Shown: positions 20,953-31,356, counted from the stretch's first letter. The stretch is 64,000 nt of DNA from an uncultured delta proteobacterium (GCA_963850305.1 CAWKKR010000011.1:32001-96000), one strand, 5' to 3'. Translations and numbers: made by a program. The notes: generated by a model not told the origin, from the letters alone.

Positions 20953-22035
20953 CTAGGTTCCGGAGCGCGTCGTGCCCGCCGCGCGCGCGGTGATCGGCCG
21001 CGAATCCGCCTCGGTGATGGCATCGGTCTGCGGCACGATGGCCGAAGATGGACCGTCCGACGCAGCACCGGGTTGCGGTAGTTCCGAGTCCGCCGTGCGA
21101 TCGAGGTTGAACGACTCGCCGACGAGGTAGAGCGGGCGGCGCTTCACCTCGTCGTAAATCCGGCCGATATACTCTCCGAGAATTCCGGTCATGACGAGCT
21201 GTGCGCTCGCCGCGAAACACACGGCCACCATGATGGTCGTCCACCCGGGGACGGTGAAACCTCCTGACAGCTTCTCGAAGAGGGCCCAGCTCGCGGTACC
21301 GAACCCGATGAAGCCCGCAAGCGCTCCCAGGTAGGTCGCAAGCTTCAGAGGAACCGCGGAAAACGACGTGATGCCATCCGTCGCGAAATGAAGCATCTTT
21401 CGGAACGGGTAGTGAGTTTCACCGGCGAACCGCGCAGGTCGATCGTAGTAGACGGCCGTCTGACGGAACCCGACCCACGCGACCATGCCGCGCACGAACC
21501 GGTGAGTCTCGCGGAGCGACCGAAGCGCGATCACGACGCGGCGACTCATCAGCCGAAAATCGCCAGCGTCCACCGGAATCTGCACGCCCACCATCGAGCG
21601 CAGGAGTCGATAGAAGAGCGCCGCAGTACTCGTCTTGAACCAGCTCTCCTTTTCGCGACGAAGACGCACCCCGTACACGACGTCGAAGCCTTCCCGGTGC
21701 CGTGCGAGCATCTCGCCGACCACCTCGGGAGGATCCTGGAGGTCGGCGTCCATGATCACGACCGCAGCGCCCTCGGCGTGGTCGACGCCGGCGGTGATCG
21801 CGAGCTGATGGCCGAAGTTGCGGGACAGCGCCACGAGCTTGAACCGCGATTCCTTCTGACACATCGCCCAGAGAAGATTCCGGGATCGGTCCGCTGAACC
21901 GTCGTCGATGAAGACGACCTCCCACGTCGCATCGACCCCAGCCAGAAATACCCTCAAACGCTCCGCGAGTTCCGGGATTACGGCCTCCTCGTTGAACACG
22001 GGGATGACCAACGAGAGGTCGGGGCGATTCGTCAC
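20953..22035 (-). CDS. Glycosyltransferase family 2, GtrB/ArnC-like (two C-terminal TM helices)
   Basis: LVIPVFNEE, DDGSAD, SRNFGHQ, MDADLQDPP, GDFRLMSR, GEYIGRIY motifs. Confidence 0.94.
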   Translation of the reverse strand: MTNRPDLSLVIPVFNEEAVIPELAERLRVFLAGVDATWEVVFIDDGSADRSRNLLWAMCQKESRFKLVALSRNFGHQLAITAGVDHAEGAAVVIMDADLQDPPEVVGEMLARHREGFDVVYGVRLRREKESWFKTSTAALFYRLLRSMVGVQIPVDAGDFRLMSRRVVIALRSLRETHRFVRGMVAWVGFRQTAVYYDRPARFAGETHYPFRKMLHFATDGITSFSAVPLKLATYLGALAGFIGFGTASWALFEKLSGGFTVPGWTTIMVAVCFAASAQLVMTGILGEYIGRIYDEVKRRPLYLVGESFNLDRTADSELPQPGAASDGPSSAIVPQTDAITEADSRPITARAAGTTRSGT

Positions 22036-22100
22036 GGCGCAATTCGAGCCTAGCTTGCGGGGGAGTCGTCGCGCAAGTGACGGCGCGGTCCACGGGCCGC

Positions 22101-23495
22101 CTAGCCCATGTCGTCTCCGCATTGGCGCGGAGCGCGCGCGTCGAGCAAGACGAGAGCGGCGTCTGCCCGGTTGGCCAGCAGAGCGCGAGCTTCCGCGATC
22201 GAGGAGGCGGCACCGATGCGCTCGAGCATCCCGAACGCGCGCGTTCTTCGCGCAACGAGCTCCGTGAGACGATGGAGGGGGTTCGGCTCCGACACAATCC
22301 ACACATCCGCGGCGCGACGAAACACCGTTTCGTAGGACGACGAAGAGAAGCGGAGAGCGATGTGATCGAGCACGAGATGAGGAATTCCGGCGCCCCGCGC
22401 GCGGCGGAGAACGTGATTCACGAAACTCATGGCGAGACACTGGTTCGCAAATCGGAACGGATGCAGCCGGACGAATGCCCAGTGGAGCCTGGCCACCGAG
22501 CGAACCGCATTCGATGCATCTCCGCTCGAGGCGGCCCTGGACGCATCGACGAACTGCCGGCGGATGAATTCCACGTGGCGCCACTCGAGCGGCCGCGGCG
22601 GGCAGAACCACTCTGCCGACATGGCATCCGTGTCGGCCCGTGCCGTCACGACCCGACCCCACTCCACGTCTTCCGCGGGAGTCCTGGACGCGCCGGCGGC
22701 CGCGTGATCGCCGAGCGACTCCGCGAGCAGCACCTGATAGCGCTCGCCGCCGATGGCAGTTGCGTTCACGCGTGGCCCGGACACGAAGCGGACGTGCGTG
22801 GAGAGCTCTTCGGTGACGGCCGGCTCTATGAGGAGTCCGCCCGGGGCCGCGTCGCCCTTCAGCGCGATGGGACTCGCGGGCCGATAAAACGATGCATGGT
22901 TTTCGCCGCACAACGCCAGGACGTGCAGGTCCCGCAGCAAGCGCAAGAAGCCGCGCGCATCTTCGGGTTCCTTTGACGTCTCCAGGCGCGCGCGCAGCGC
23001 GCTCATATTTTCCCAGTACGGCCGCACGATTTCGTAAGGCGAACCTGGAAATCGTACCAGCTCTGTTCCCGAGACCTCGCGCTCTAGCGCCGCGACGGCC
23101 AGCGGCGCGAAGATGACCGTGCCGAAGCAATGTCTTACGAGCGACCTCCACGCGGCGGTCGAGACGCGGGATGCGACGCGCACGTCGCGGGCACTGCGCA
23201 CTCCGTCGATCGCCGCGAACACGGCACTCGCCTTGCGCGCATCGACCCCACACACTTCGAGCCGCGCGTTCGCCCGAACCGACGCGATATGCGTGCCGCA
23301 ACCGGCGGCGTCCACGACGGCGTCCGGGGGTGCGGCGAGCGTATCCGTCTCGCGGAGCTCGAACCGGACCACGGACTCCGAGTAATACGCGTCGAACGGC
23401 TCGGCGCGTTCCGAGTCGGCTCGAAGAAACGCTCGGTACGCCCGGATGGTCTCCGCGTTCGCGACGGGTGGGAGCTCCTCGATGACTCCACTCAC
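22101..23495 (-). CDS. Hypothetical protein with degenerate Fic-like motif
   Basis: GTG start overlaps the upstream TGA. LHWAFVRLHPFRFANQCLAMSFVNHVL resembles the Fic core HPFxDGNGR helix. Confidence 0.7.
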   Translation of the reverse strand: MSGVIEELPPVANAETIRAYRAFLRADSERAEPFDAYYSESVVRFELRETDTLAAPPDAVVDAAGCGTHIASVRANARLEVCGVDARKASAVFAAIDGVRSARDVRVASRVSTAAWRSLVRHCFGTVIFAPLAVAALEREVSGTELVRFPGSPYEIVRPYWENMSALRARLETSKEPEDARGFLRLLRDLHVLALCGENHASFYRPASPIALKGDAAPGGLLIEPAVTEELSTHVRFVSGPRVNATAIGGERYQVLLAESLGDHAAAGASRTPAEDVEWGRVVTARADTDAMSAEWFCPPRPLEWRHVEFIRRQFVDASRAASSGDASNAVRSVARLHWAFVRLHPFRFANQCLAMSFVNHVLRRARGAGIPHLVLDHIALRFSSSSYETVFRRAADVWIVSEPNPLHRLTELVARRTRAFGMLERIGAASSIAEARALLANRADAALVLLDARAPRQCGDDMG

Positions 23496-24580
23496 GAGAA
23501 GATCTCCGCGAGCCCCGCTTCGCGGTTCTCGACCAGAGGGTAACGGCTGCCCCACTCTTCGAAACCGGGGGCGTCGACCTCGCCGAACCGCTCGACAATC
23601 GCTTCGATGTTCTTCGAGAGCAGCACGGACGACGGATCGAGACGACGGACGACGACGAGCCCCGACGGCGGAGTCGGCACGACGTGGATTCTGAGATCCT
23701 TCCTGTACTCGAGCAATATCTCGAGCACCTTCCACACGTCCCCGACCCAGAACGTCGACGCCCGCTCGCGGCGCGCCGCCAGGGCCGTTACCGCAAGACA
23801 GTCGTGGAGCAGGATCGTCCCGTCGCGGCTGGCCCAGCGTTCCGCGTTCACGAAGTCGCGCAGCGCGAACTCGAACCGATGTAACCCGTCGATGAACGTG
23901 AGATCCACGGTGCGACCGCCGAAGACGCCGGCGAGGGTCTCCGTGGCGAAGAAGGTGTCGCTCTCGGTCCGGTAGAGTCGCGCCTGCGGCGGCAGCGAGA
24001 TGGGGCGGCTCATGGGGTCGACCCCGATCGCCAACTTCGCCTCCGACGCCAGCGCCAGAGTGGCTCCACTATCGACGCCGATCTCCAGGTAAGTCTCCGG
24101 GCGCACGATCCGATGGACCGCCGCGAGAACCTCGCGGTAAGGCGGACCCGGGAGCAACACGTGCGACAGGAGCGCTTGGGCACCGGGAAAATCCGGGCAG
24201 CGCTCGATGACACTCAGCAAGCAACGCTTGCCGTCTTCGGTGCGCCCGAGCAAGACCAGCATGCGCGCCTTGAGCGCGAGTGCGAGCAGGTGCCCCGGCG
24301 AAGACGCGAGCACCGCGTCGACGAGTTCGAGGGCGCGACTTCGGTCGCCGATCGTGTATCGGGCAGTCGCTTCGGCCAGCTCGATCGCGGCATCGCGGTA
24401 CCCCAGCCGGCGCGCCAGCTCACACACGACGATGGCGGCCCTCGGGTTTCCGGCGCGCAGCCATTCTTCCGACGCCAGGACCAGATCCGACGCGCCAGCA
24501 CCCCACAGACTGCGGGCGAGTTCCTCGGGTGACGGGACGAAAACGTCGGATTCGGTCAAACGCGAGGAAGACGGTATCAT
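23492..24580 (-). CDS. TPR-repeat + class I SAM-dependent methyltransferase (Methyltransf_24-like)
   Basis: YLEIGVDSG, FIDGLHRFE, LLHDC and WVGDVWK motifs; N-terminal TPR-like helices. Confidence 0.88.
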   Translation of the reverse strand: MIPSSSRLTESDVFVPSPEELARSLWGAGASDLVLASEEWLRAGNPRAAIVVCELARRLGYRDAAIELAEATARYTIGDRSRALELVDAVLASSPGHLLALALKARMLVLLGRTEDGKRCLLSVIERCPDFPGAQALLSHVLLPGPPYREVLAAVHRIVRPETYLEIGVDSGATLALASEAKLAIGVDPMSRPISLPPQARLYRTESDTFFATETLAGVFGGRTVDLTFIDGLHRFEFALRDFVNAERWASRDGTILLHDCLAVTALAARRERASTFWVGDVWKVLEILLEYRKDLRIHVVPTPPSGLVVVRRLDPSSVLLSKNIEAIVERFGEVDAPGFEEWGSRYPLVENREAGLAEIFS

Positions 24581-24595
24581 GCGGCGTGCAGCGCT

Positions 24596-25975
24596 TCACT
24601 CGAGGGGCGCGAGAAGGCGTGCGAGGGCCTCCGCGAACCGGCGCCAGCGCCCGGGCGCTCCAAGAGACGAACACCCCGCCAGTGTGGACTCGAACCAACG
24701 AGCCAGAGCCGTGACCTCTTCGGACGAAGAGTAGAAGAGGGCAAGCTCGTAGTCCAGAAACAGACTTCGCATATCCATGTTGGCGCTCCCGAGCACACCG
24801 AGCCCTCCATCGACGATGAAGACCTTGGCGTGCATCATCGTCGGATAGAGGTAGATGCGAGCTCCGGAATCGGCGAGTTCGCGCAGGCGGCTGCCTCCGG
24901 CCAGGTCCGCGGTGAGGTGGTTGGAGCGCGCCGGAACGAGCACCCGAACGTCGACACCCCGCCGAGCCGCCAGCACGACGGCGTGCGCGAGCCCGTCGTC
25001 GGGGACGAAATAGGGCGTCGCAATCCAGAGTCGCTCGCGCGCCGCGAACACTCCGCACAAGAACGCGTCGTAGATGAGATCGCTCTCGACATCGGGTCCG
25101 CTAGCCACCACCTGCACACGCGCCGCACCCGCGGGAGGGGCCGGCTCCGGCCGCGGCTCGGGCAAGGACTCGCCGGAAGCGAAGCGATAATCCGCCCGGA
25201 ACACGGTGGAGACGTCGCGCACCGCCGGACCGACGATGCGCGTGGAGAGATCTCGCCATCGACCCGCGATCGGCGTGGGGCCCATGTACTCGCGCGCGAG
25301 GTTCATCCCGCCGACAATCGCGACGGTGTCGTCTACCAGGATGGCCTTGCGATGTAACCTCAGGTTGGCGCGTCCGCGAAACGGGGGCCACACGGGCATG
25401 AACCACGAGACTCGCGCCCCGGCCTGCCGGAGAGCGGATATCTGTCCGCGCCCGGAGCGAAACTCGAACAGCGCATCGATGAGCACACGCACCTCGATTC
25501 CCTCGCGAGCTCGCGCGACGAGCGCGTCGGTGACGGCGCGGCCCACATCGTCGTTCGAAAGAATGAGCGTCGAGACGTGAATCGACCGCCGCGCCGCCCG
25601 AATTGCCGAGACGACGGCGAAAAACGCCGCCTCGCCGTCGAGCAATAACTCGGAGCTATTCTCGATTGTCGGCGCCGGGGCACCGAGCGCGCGCAGCACG
25701 CGGGTCACCGGGTCGCCCGTGGAGATCGCCGTCCAGGACGGCGAATAAAGGTTCCGCTTGGCACGCGCACGCGCCGAGAGCTTTCGGCGACCGAACACGA
25801 GATAGAGCGGGATGCCGACGTAGGGGATGAGGACGATCGCGAGAAGCCAGGCGAACGTGCTCCCCGTCGGACGTCGCTCCATCAGTACGCGAAGCACGAG
25901 CACGACGCCCATCAGCACCCCGACGATCACGAAGACGTGGGGGAGCAGAAAGCCAGGCATGGCCACGGAGGGCAT
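24596..25975 (-). CDS. cls: Cardiolipin synthase (PLD family)
   Basis: Two HKD motifs (HRKAILVD, HAKVFIVD), N-terminal TM pair, GSANMDMRS. Confidence 0.92.
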   Translation of the reverse strand: MPSVAMPGFLLPHVFVIVGVLMGVVLVLRVLMERRPTGSTFAWLLAIVLIPYVGIPLYLVFGRRKLSARARAKRNLYSPSWTAISTGDPVTRVLRALGAPAPTIENSSELLLDGEAAFFAVVSAIRAARRSIHVSTLILSNDDVGRAVTDALVARAREGIEVRVLIDALFEFRSGRGQISALRQAGARVSWFMPVWPPFRGRANLRLHRKAILVDDTVAIVGGMNLAREYMGPTPIAGRWRDLSTRIVGPAVRDVSTVFRADYRFASGESLPEPRPEPAPPAGAARVQVVASGPDVESDLIYDAFLCGVFAARERLWIATPYFVPDDGLAHAVVLAARRGVDVRVLVPARSNHLTADLAGGSRLRELADSGARIYLYPTMMHAKVFIVDGGLGVLGSANMDMRSLFLDYELALFYSSSEEVTALARWFESTLAGCSSLGAPGRWRRFAEALARLLAPLE

Positions 25976-26043
25976 CGCGCTGGACCATAGCGCGCATGGA
26001 CCGCCGTCCGGTTCGGAGAAGGCAGCGTCTCATCGCCGACGGC

Positions 26044-26277
26044 TCAGCCGGTCGATGTCCAGCTCTCGAAAACGAGGAGCGGTAACAGCACGATGGCGAG
26101 GAGCGCGAGCGTCGGCAGCGTCCCGAACGTCTCGTGCCGCCAGAATCCCGCGATGACTCGCGCTAGGCTCGCGAACCACAGGAGCGCGTACACCGGCAGC
26201 AGGTCGCTCCGCTCGAAGGCACGATGCACGACAAGCGGAGACGCCTTCCCGCGGGTGATGTCGGATGGCCTTTCCAC
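26044..26277 (-). CDS. Small hypothetical membrane protein
   Basis: 77-aa ORF with two hydrophobic segments, co-oriented with its neighbours. Confidence 0.5.
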   Translation of the reverse strand: MERPSDITRGKASPLVVHRAFERSDLLPVYALLWFASLARVIAGFWRHETFGTLPTLALLAIVLLPLLVFESWTSTG

Positions 26278-26333
26278 GCTGCGAACGTAAGAGCCACCGC
26301 ATCAGGGCGAGATAAAGACGTCGAGTTCCCCGA

Positions 26334-27059
26334 TCAGGATTTCATCAAGACCGACCCCCGCTCGGAGTCCGTCTTCAGCCGGTACCCGACGCCGGGCTCC
26401 GTGATGAGATATCTCGGTCGGGCCGGCTCCGTCTCCAGCTTGTGCCGGAGCTGCGCCATGTAGACGCGCAGGTACTGCGTCTGATCGAGCGACGTCGGGC
26501 CCCAAACCATCTGGAGCAGGTGGCGATGCGTCAGCACCCGGCCCGCGTGCTTCATGAGGACCGAAAACAGCTTGTACTCGATGGGCGTGAGGCGCACTTG
26601 TTCCCCTCTGACGAGCACCTGACGTCGAGACAGATCGATGAGGAGATCTCCAACCTCGACGACCGCCTCCGGTTCCTTGCCCACGCGCTCCGCATGGCGC
26701 AGGGCCACGCGAAGGCGCGCCAGGAGCTCGCCAGCGCCGAAAGGTTTCGTCAGGTAGTCGTCGGCGCCGCCGTCGAGTGCGTCGATCTTGTCGTGTTCCT
26801 GACCCCGCGCGGAAATGACGACGATGGGGACCATCGTCCATTCGCGAAGCGCCCGCGTGACCGACAGCCCATCCATGTCCGGCAAGCCGAGATCGAGCAG
26901 GACGAGGTCGGGGTTGTACGCGGTCGCCTGCGCGAGCGCCTCGCGCCCCGAGCTCGTCTCCACGAGCCGGTATCCGTTTGCCATGAGCGACGCGCGGAGA
27001 AACCGTCTCATCTGTGCCTCGTCCTCCACGAGGAGCACACGGGGACCCGCAGCCGTCAT
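26334..27059 (-). CDS. kdpE: KdpE-like OmpR-family response regulator
   Basis: LLVEDE, LLDLGLPDMDG, GADDYLTKPF, QYLRVYMAQLRHKLE and TEPGVGYRL motifs; ATG overlaps the kinase stop. Confidence 0.9.
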   Translation of the reverse strand: MTAAGPRVLLVEDEAQMRRFLRASLMANGYRLVETSSGREALAQATAYNPDLVLLDLGLPDMDGLSVTRALREWTMVPIVVISARGQEHDKIDALDGGADDYLTKPFGAGELLARLRVALRHAERVGKEPEAVVEVGDLLIDLSRRQVLVRGEQVRLTPIEYKLFSVLMKHAGRVLTHRHLLQMVWGPTSLDQTQYLRVYMAQLRHKLETEPARPRYLITEPGVGYRLKTDSERGSVLMKS

Positions 27060-28159
27060 GACTTGACCTCCTCGGTGGACAGAGCGGACAGGCCGGACGC
27101 CGCTTCCGTCAATTTCGGCGTCTGGCTCTCGAGTGGCAACGTGAAGTGAAAGCTCGCCCCGGGTCCATTCCGCGGCAAAAGCCAGATCCGTCCGCCGTGC
27201 GCCGCCACCAGCCCGCGGCAAATCGTGAGGCCGAGCCCTGCACCGCCTCTGTCCGTCTCCGCGCGGTAGAACTTGTCGAACACGCGTTCTTCGCTTCCCG
27301 AAGGGACTCCTGGTCCGTCGTCTGCGACTTCGATCTCCACGTCGCGGCCCCTCATCCTTGCGACCACGGTGACCCGCGCCGTCCCGGGCGTGTACTTCGC
27401 CACATTCTCGAGCAAGTTCACGAGAACCTGCTCGATGAGCACCGAATCCAGCGGAACGAGCGGCAGCTCGTCCGGCACTCGGACGACGACGTCGCGCCCA
27501 CCGAGCGTGCTCTCCATGCGGTTAAGCGCGGCGCCGATCACCTCTTCGAGGGGCTCCCACTCTTTTTTTGCGGACACCGCACCGGAATCAAGGCGGCTCA
27601 TGTCGAGCAGGTTCTGGAGCAACCGGTTGAGCCGCTCGGCTTCCTGAAGGATTGTATCCGTGAGCTCACGCCGCACGGATGGCTCGAGCCGCTCGTCGAG
27701 CAAGGTGCTCGCGGCGCCCGTGACGACGGCGAGTGGCGTCTTGAAATCGTGCGAGACGGAGCTGAGCACCGCGTTCCGTAGTTGCTCCGCCTCGATGCGG
27801 AGCCGCGCACGGTGGGCCTCGTCGGCTTGCTCGCGGACGCGCTTGGTCAATCCACTGATCACGACCGCGACGAAGAACATGACGCCGAACGTCGCGATGT
27901 GCCTCAGATCCGAGACGCGGAAGGTGAAGTACGGGGGAACGAAGAAGAAGTCGAACGTCATGACGCTCAGGACGGCTGCGAGTAACGACGGCGCGTAGCC
28001 GAACCGCATCGAGACGATGACGACGCCGAGCAGATACACCATCACGACGTCGGCGAGCTCCTTGTGACCGAGCACGGTCCACGCGATGGCCGTCGCGAGC
28101 GCGACCACGCCACCCCCGGATACGAGGCCGACGAACAGGGCTCGGTTGAGCGTCTTCAC
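27056..28159 (-). CDS. Short KdpD-like sensor histidine kinase (DUF4118 TM + HisKA + HATPase)
   Basis: FDFFFVPPYFTF, SVSHDFKTPL, NLLENVAKY and GLGLTIC motifs; no KdpD N-terminal, Usp or GAF domains. Confidence 0.9.
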   Translation of the reverse strand: MKTLNRALFVGLVSGGGVVALATAIAWTVLGHKELADVVMVYLLGVVIVSMRFGYAPSLLAAVLSVMTFDFFFVPPYFTFRVSDLRHIATFGVMFFVAVVISGLTKRVREQADEAHRARLRIEAEQLRNAVLSSVSHDFKTPLAVVTGAASTLLDERLEPSVRRELTDTILQEAERLNRLLQNLLDMSRLDSGAVSAKKEWEPLEEVIGAALNRMESTLGGRDVVVRVPDELPLVPLDSVLIEQVLVNLLENVAKYTPGTARVTVVARMRGRDVEIEVADDGPGVPSGSEERVFDKFYRAETDRGGAGLGLTICRGLVAAHGGRIWLLPRNGPGASFHFTLPLESQTPKLTEAASGLSALSTEEVKS

Positions 28160-28311
28160 GCACCGTGAAACGTACCCCCAACCCTACTCCGCGGGAAATC
28201 GTGCTCCGGCCGGCGTGAAAGTCGAATGCCCCGTTGCGAGCCCCCAGACTCCGCGCGATAGTCCGTCGGGTGCGGCTCGTGCATTCCCCAGAACACGCGG
28301 TGGGTTGAGGC

Positions 28312-28701
28312 ATGCGCCTCCTCCACACGATGATCCGGGTGGGAAATCTCGAGGCGGCGCTCGCGTTTTATACCGGCGTGCTCGGGATGAAGCTGCTCCG
28401 GAAGAAGGACTACCCAGCGGGCGAATTCACGCTGGCCTTCGTGGGGTACGGGGACGAAGAGTCAGCAGCCGTGATCGAGCTCACCCACAACTGGGGCCGC
28501 TCGAGCTACGACAAGGGGGACGGCTTCGGACACATCGCGATCGGCGCGGCTGACATCCGCGCGGTCTGCGAGCGTGTGCGGAACGCCGGCTACAAGGTGA
28601 CGCGAGAACCCGGCCCGATGAAGCACGGCGGCAGCGTCATCGCGTTCATAGAAGATCCGGATGGGTACAAGGTGGAGCTCATCGAGAAATCCGAGGGCTG
28701 A
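28312..28701 (+). CDS. gloA: Lactoylglutathione lyase (glyoxalase I)
   Basis: MRLLHTMIRVG, ELTHNW, GFGHIAIG and DPDGYKVELIE motifs. Confidence 0.96.
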   Translation: MRLLHTMIRVGNLEAALAFYTGVLGMKLLRKKDYPAGEFTLAFVGYGDEESAAVIELTHNWGRSSYDKGDGFGHIAIGAADIRAVCERVRNAGYKVTREPGPMKHGGSVIAFIEDPDGYKVELIEKSEG

Positions 28702-28704
28702 GCG

Positions 28705-29397
28705 ATGCGTCGAACGGGCGGCGCGGGCGCATCGATATTCCTCCTCGCGGCGAGCTGCACGCCGACTCCGAGCACGACGCCGCTCGGCTGGGGACCCATC
28801 GCGGCGAACATGCGAGCTGATCCGCCGCAGGTGCATCGCGTGGAGGCTCGGCGCGCGAGGCCCAGACCGACCGCACCGGCACCCAGCGAGAGTACGGCTG
28901 CTGCGCCGCCAACCCCGGCAACGGCAGACTCGGCCGCGGCCGCCCCCGGCGCGTCGGGAGCGCCCTCGAACACTACAGGGGGCACACCGGCGGTCGCGGC
29001 GTCGGCATTCGACGGCGCGTTCGCGGGCAACGACGTGACGACGTACCGCCTGACCGGGTTGCCCGATCGCGAAGAGCCCGATCCCAACGCGAAAATCAAC
29101 GCGAAGAGCACGAGCGATCACAGCGTGGATTTCGTGCTGGTCGATAGCTCGAATGGCCAGGACATCTGCACGCTGACGGGCGAAACGCACGGCAACGTCG
29201 CCACGATCGCGGCCGGGCAAAAGTGCTTCGAGCAGAGCGGCGAGGACTCTTCCGCGTCGGCGACGGTGACAAGCGGTTCGGCTACCATCGACGGCTCGAA
29301 GCTCACCTTCGATCTCGAGATGGATTTCGGGATGACCCTCGATGACAAGGCCATGTCGGGAACCCTCGGCTATCATTTCGAGGGCACGCGGCAGTAG
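28705..29397 (+). CDS. Hypothetical lipoprotein
   Basis: Lipobox-like LLAAS-C, Ala/Pro linker and beta-rich C-terminal domain. Confidence 0.75.
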   Translation: MRRTGGAGASIFLLAASCTPTPSTTPLGWGPIAANMRADPPQVHRVEARRARPRPTAPAPSESTAAAPPTPATADSAAAAPGASGAPSNTTGGTPAVAASAFDGAFAGNDVTTYRLTGLPDREEPDPNAKINAKSTSDHSVDFVLVDSSNGQDICTLTGETHGNVATIAAGQKCFEQSGEDSSASATVTSGSATIDGSKLTFDLEMDFGMTLDDKAMSGTLGYHFEGTRQ

Positions 29398-30060
29398 ATG
29401 CGCGGCGAGAATCATCCCAGCAAGATCGGGCTGCGCGACGGACGGGAGCGCACGATCGAGCGTCTCACGGCGGCGTTCGTCGCGGACGAGCTCACGCTCG
29501 AACAGTACGAGCAGCGCGTCGACGCCGCGTACGGCTGCAGCGAGCTCGCGGCGCTGCAAGCGCTCATTTCCGATCTAGGGCTGGCGACGACGCTCGCGAG
29601 GCAACAGGCGGAACCCGCGCTCCTCGTACCGGCGGCGCCGAGCGGCGCAGGACTCGCGCGCGTCGAGCGCGGTGCGGCCCGGGCCCAGACGCGAACCGTC
29701 GCGATCCTCGGCAACGTCGAACGTCGAGGTCTGTCCGGCCGGGCTCACGAGGTTCTCTCCGTGCTCGGCAACGTGGAGCTCGATCTGCGGACGCTCGAGC
29801 TGCCACCCGGTGTCACGACGCTCCACGTGCGTGCCGTGTTCGGCAACGTCGAGATCACGGTGCCGCCGGACATGTTCATCGAGAGCGACGGCGCCGGGAT
29901 CCTCGGTTCGTTCGGGCACGTGAGTCGTGTGCCGAGCGACGGCGAGGGAGCCGACTCGGTGCTGCGCATCACCGGCAAAGCCGTGTTCGGCAACGTCGAG
30001 ATCCGGACACGGCCTCGGGATTTGGCAGAGCGCCCTCCACGACTGTTACCGTCGGGCTAG
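29398..30060 (+). CDS. DUF1707 + LiaF/DUF2154-like domain protein
   Basis: RERTIERLTAAF...LTLEQYEQRVDAAY...EL..L.SDL N-terminus; repeated GNVE beta motifs. Confidence 0.85.
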   Translation: MRGENHPSKIGLRDGRERTIERLTAAFVADELTLEQYEQRVDAAYGCSELAALQALISDLGLATTLARQQAEPALLVPAAPSGAGLARVERGAARAQTRTVAILGNVERRGLSGRAHEVLSVLGNVELDLRTLELPPGVTTLHVRAVFGNVEITVPPDMFIESDGAGILGSFGHVSRVPSDGEGADSVLRITGKAVFGNVEIRTRPRDLAERPPRLLPSG

Positions 30061-30189
30061 AAGTCCGCGGTCGAGTGACCGGGCGTCGATCGTGCCTGCC
30101 GCCGCGCGGCGGCCGCTAGCTGCCGCCCTGCGGAACGGCCTTGCCGCCACGCGGGACGTGCATGCCGCCACGCGGAACGGCCAAGGCGT

Positions 30190-31260
30190 CTACTTGCCGA
30201 CCTTGACGAACTTCAACGTCATGCGATCGCTCTCGCCGATCGCGGCGTACTTGTCGTGGTCCTTGTCCTTCATGCGGAACGAGGGTGGGAGCGTCCACAC
30301 GCCTTCGGGATAGTCTTTCGTGTCCTTCGGGTTGGCGTTGATCTCGCTCTTGCCGGCGAGCTTGAACCCCGCTTTCTCGATCTGCGAAACGAGCCAGTCC
30401 TGCGGCAGGTAGCCGTTCTTCGCGCTTTCGTCGGGGTTCGCACCGGACGCCGCGCGGTGTTGCACGACGCCGAGGATGCCGTTCGTCTTGAGCGCATGAT
30501 GGAACGCATCCAGCCACGCGGTGAGCTCGCCGGAACGTTGCAACCCGTGCGACTCGCGAATCAGGAGGACCATGTCCAGGGTACCGTCCTCAGCCAGGGC
30601 TGGTTTCTTGGGATCAATCACGACGCGCTCGACCTTGCCGAAGCATTCCGGCGCTTTCTCGAGCATCAGCTGTTCGCGATGACCTCCGAGAGCTCCGCGG
30701 TCCGTTTTCGGTCCGTTCGGGTCGGTCGTGGTGACGAGGAGCTTGCCCTTCTTGGCAAGCAGAGGGGCGAGGAGCTCCGTGTACCAGCCCTCACCTGGGC
30801 TGTATTCGAGCACCTTCATCTTCGGAGTCAGACCGAAGAACTCGAGAGTCTCCACAGGGTGGCGATACTGATCTCGCTCGGGGTTCCCTGGTTTACGAGT
30901 CGGGCTCTTGAGCACCGCGGTCAGTCCGGCCTTGAGCGACGGATAGCTCTTCTCCGACAGCGCCTTGCACTCCGCGTGAAGCGCGGGCGTGAAACGAGCA
31001 GTTTCGGTTGCGGCCGTCGCGTCTGCTTTCGCCCAGTCTTCCGGTGTAGGGGGCGCGTCCTCGGCATTGACGGTCGGGACGGCGCTCGGCGCCGGTGCTT
31101 CCGCAGGCGTTGCAGAGACAGCCGCGGAAGCTGCGGGCGCCGCGGGGGCAGCAGGAGCCACACTCGCAACGGGGGCGGGCGGTGACGCCGGAGCCTGGGT
31201 CGATCCGCCGCATGCGGCGGGAAACACGCACAAGGCAACCAAAGTGAGACGAAGTTTCAT
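30190..31260 (-). CDS. Lipoprotein class I SAM-dependent methyltransferase (COG4798-like)
   Basis: Lipobox PAA-C; RDQYRHPVETLEFFG, EYSPGEGWYT, EINANPKD and IGESDRMTLKF motifs. Confidence 0.9.
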   Translation of the reverse strand: MKLRLTLVALCVFPAACGGSTQAPASPPAPVASVAPAAPAAPAASAAVSATPAEAPAPSAVPTVNAEDAPPTPEDWAKADATAATETARFTPALHAECKALSEKSYPSLKAGLTAVLKSPTRKPGNPERDQYRHPVETLEFFGLTPKMKVLEYSPGEGWYTELLAPLLAKKGKLLVTTTDPNGPKTDRGALGGHREQLMLEKAPECFGKVERVVIDPKKPALAEDGTLDMVLLIRESHGLQRSGELTAWLDAFHHALKTNGILGVVQHRAASGANPDESAKNGYLPQDWLVSQIEKAGFKLAGKSEINANPKDTKDYPEGVWTLPPSFRMKDKDHDKYAAIGESDRMTLKFVKVGK

Positions 31261-31356
31261 CGACGAGCCCTTTCTTTCGATAGCGTCTTATCGTCCCGTC
31301 GCCCGCGATTGGCAACCCGGCAATCGAGAAGGCTGTGCCTATACTCGCGTCGCTCC

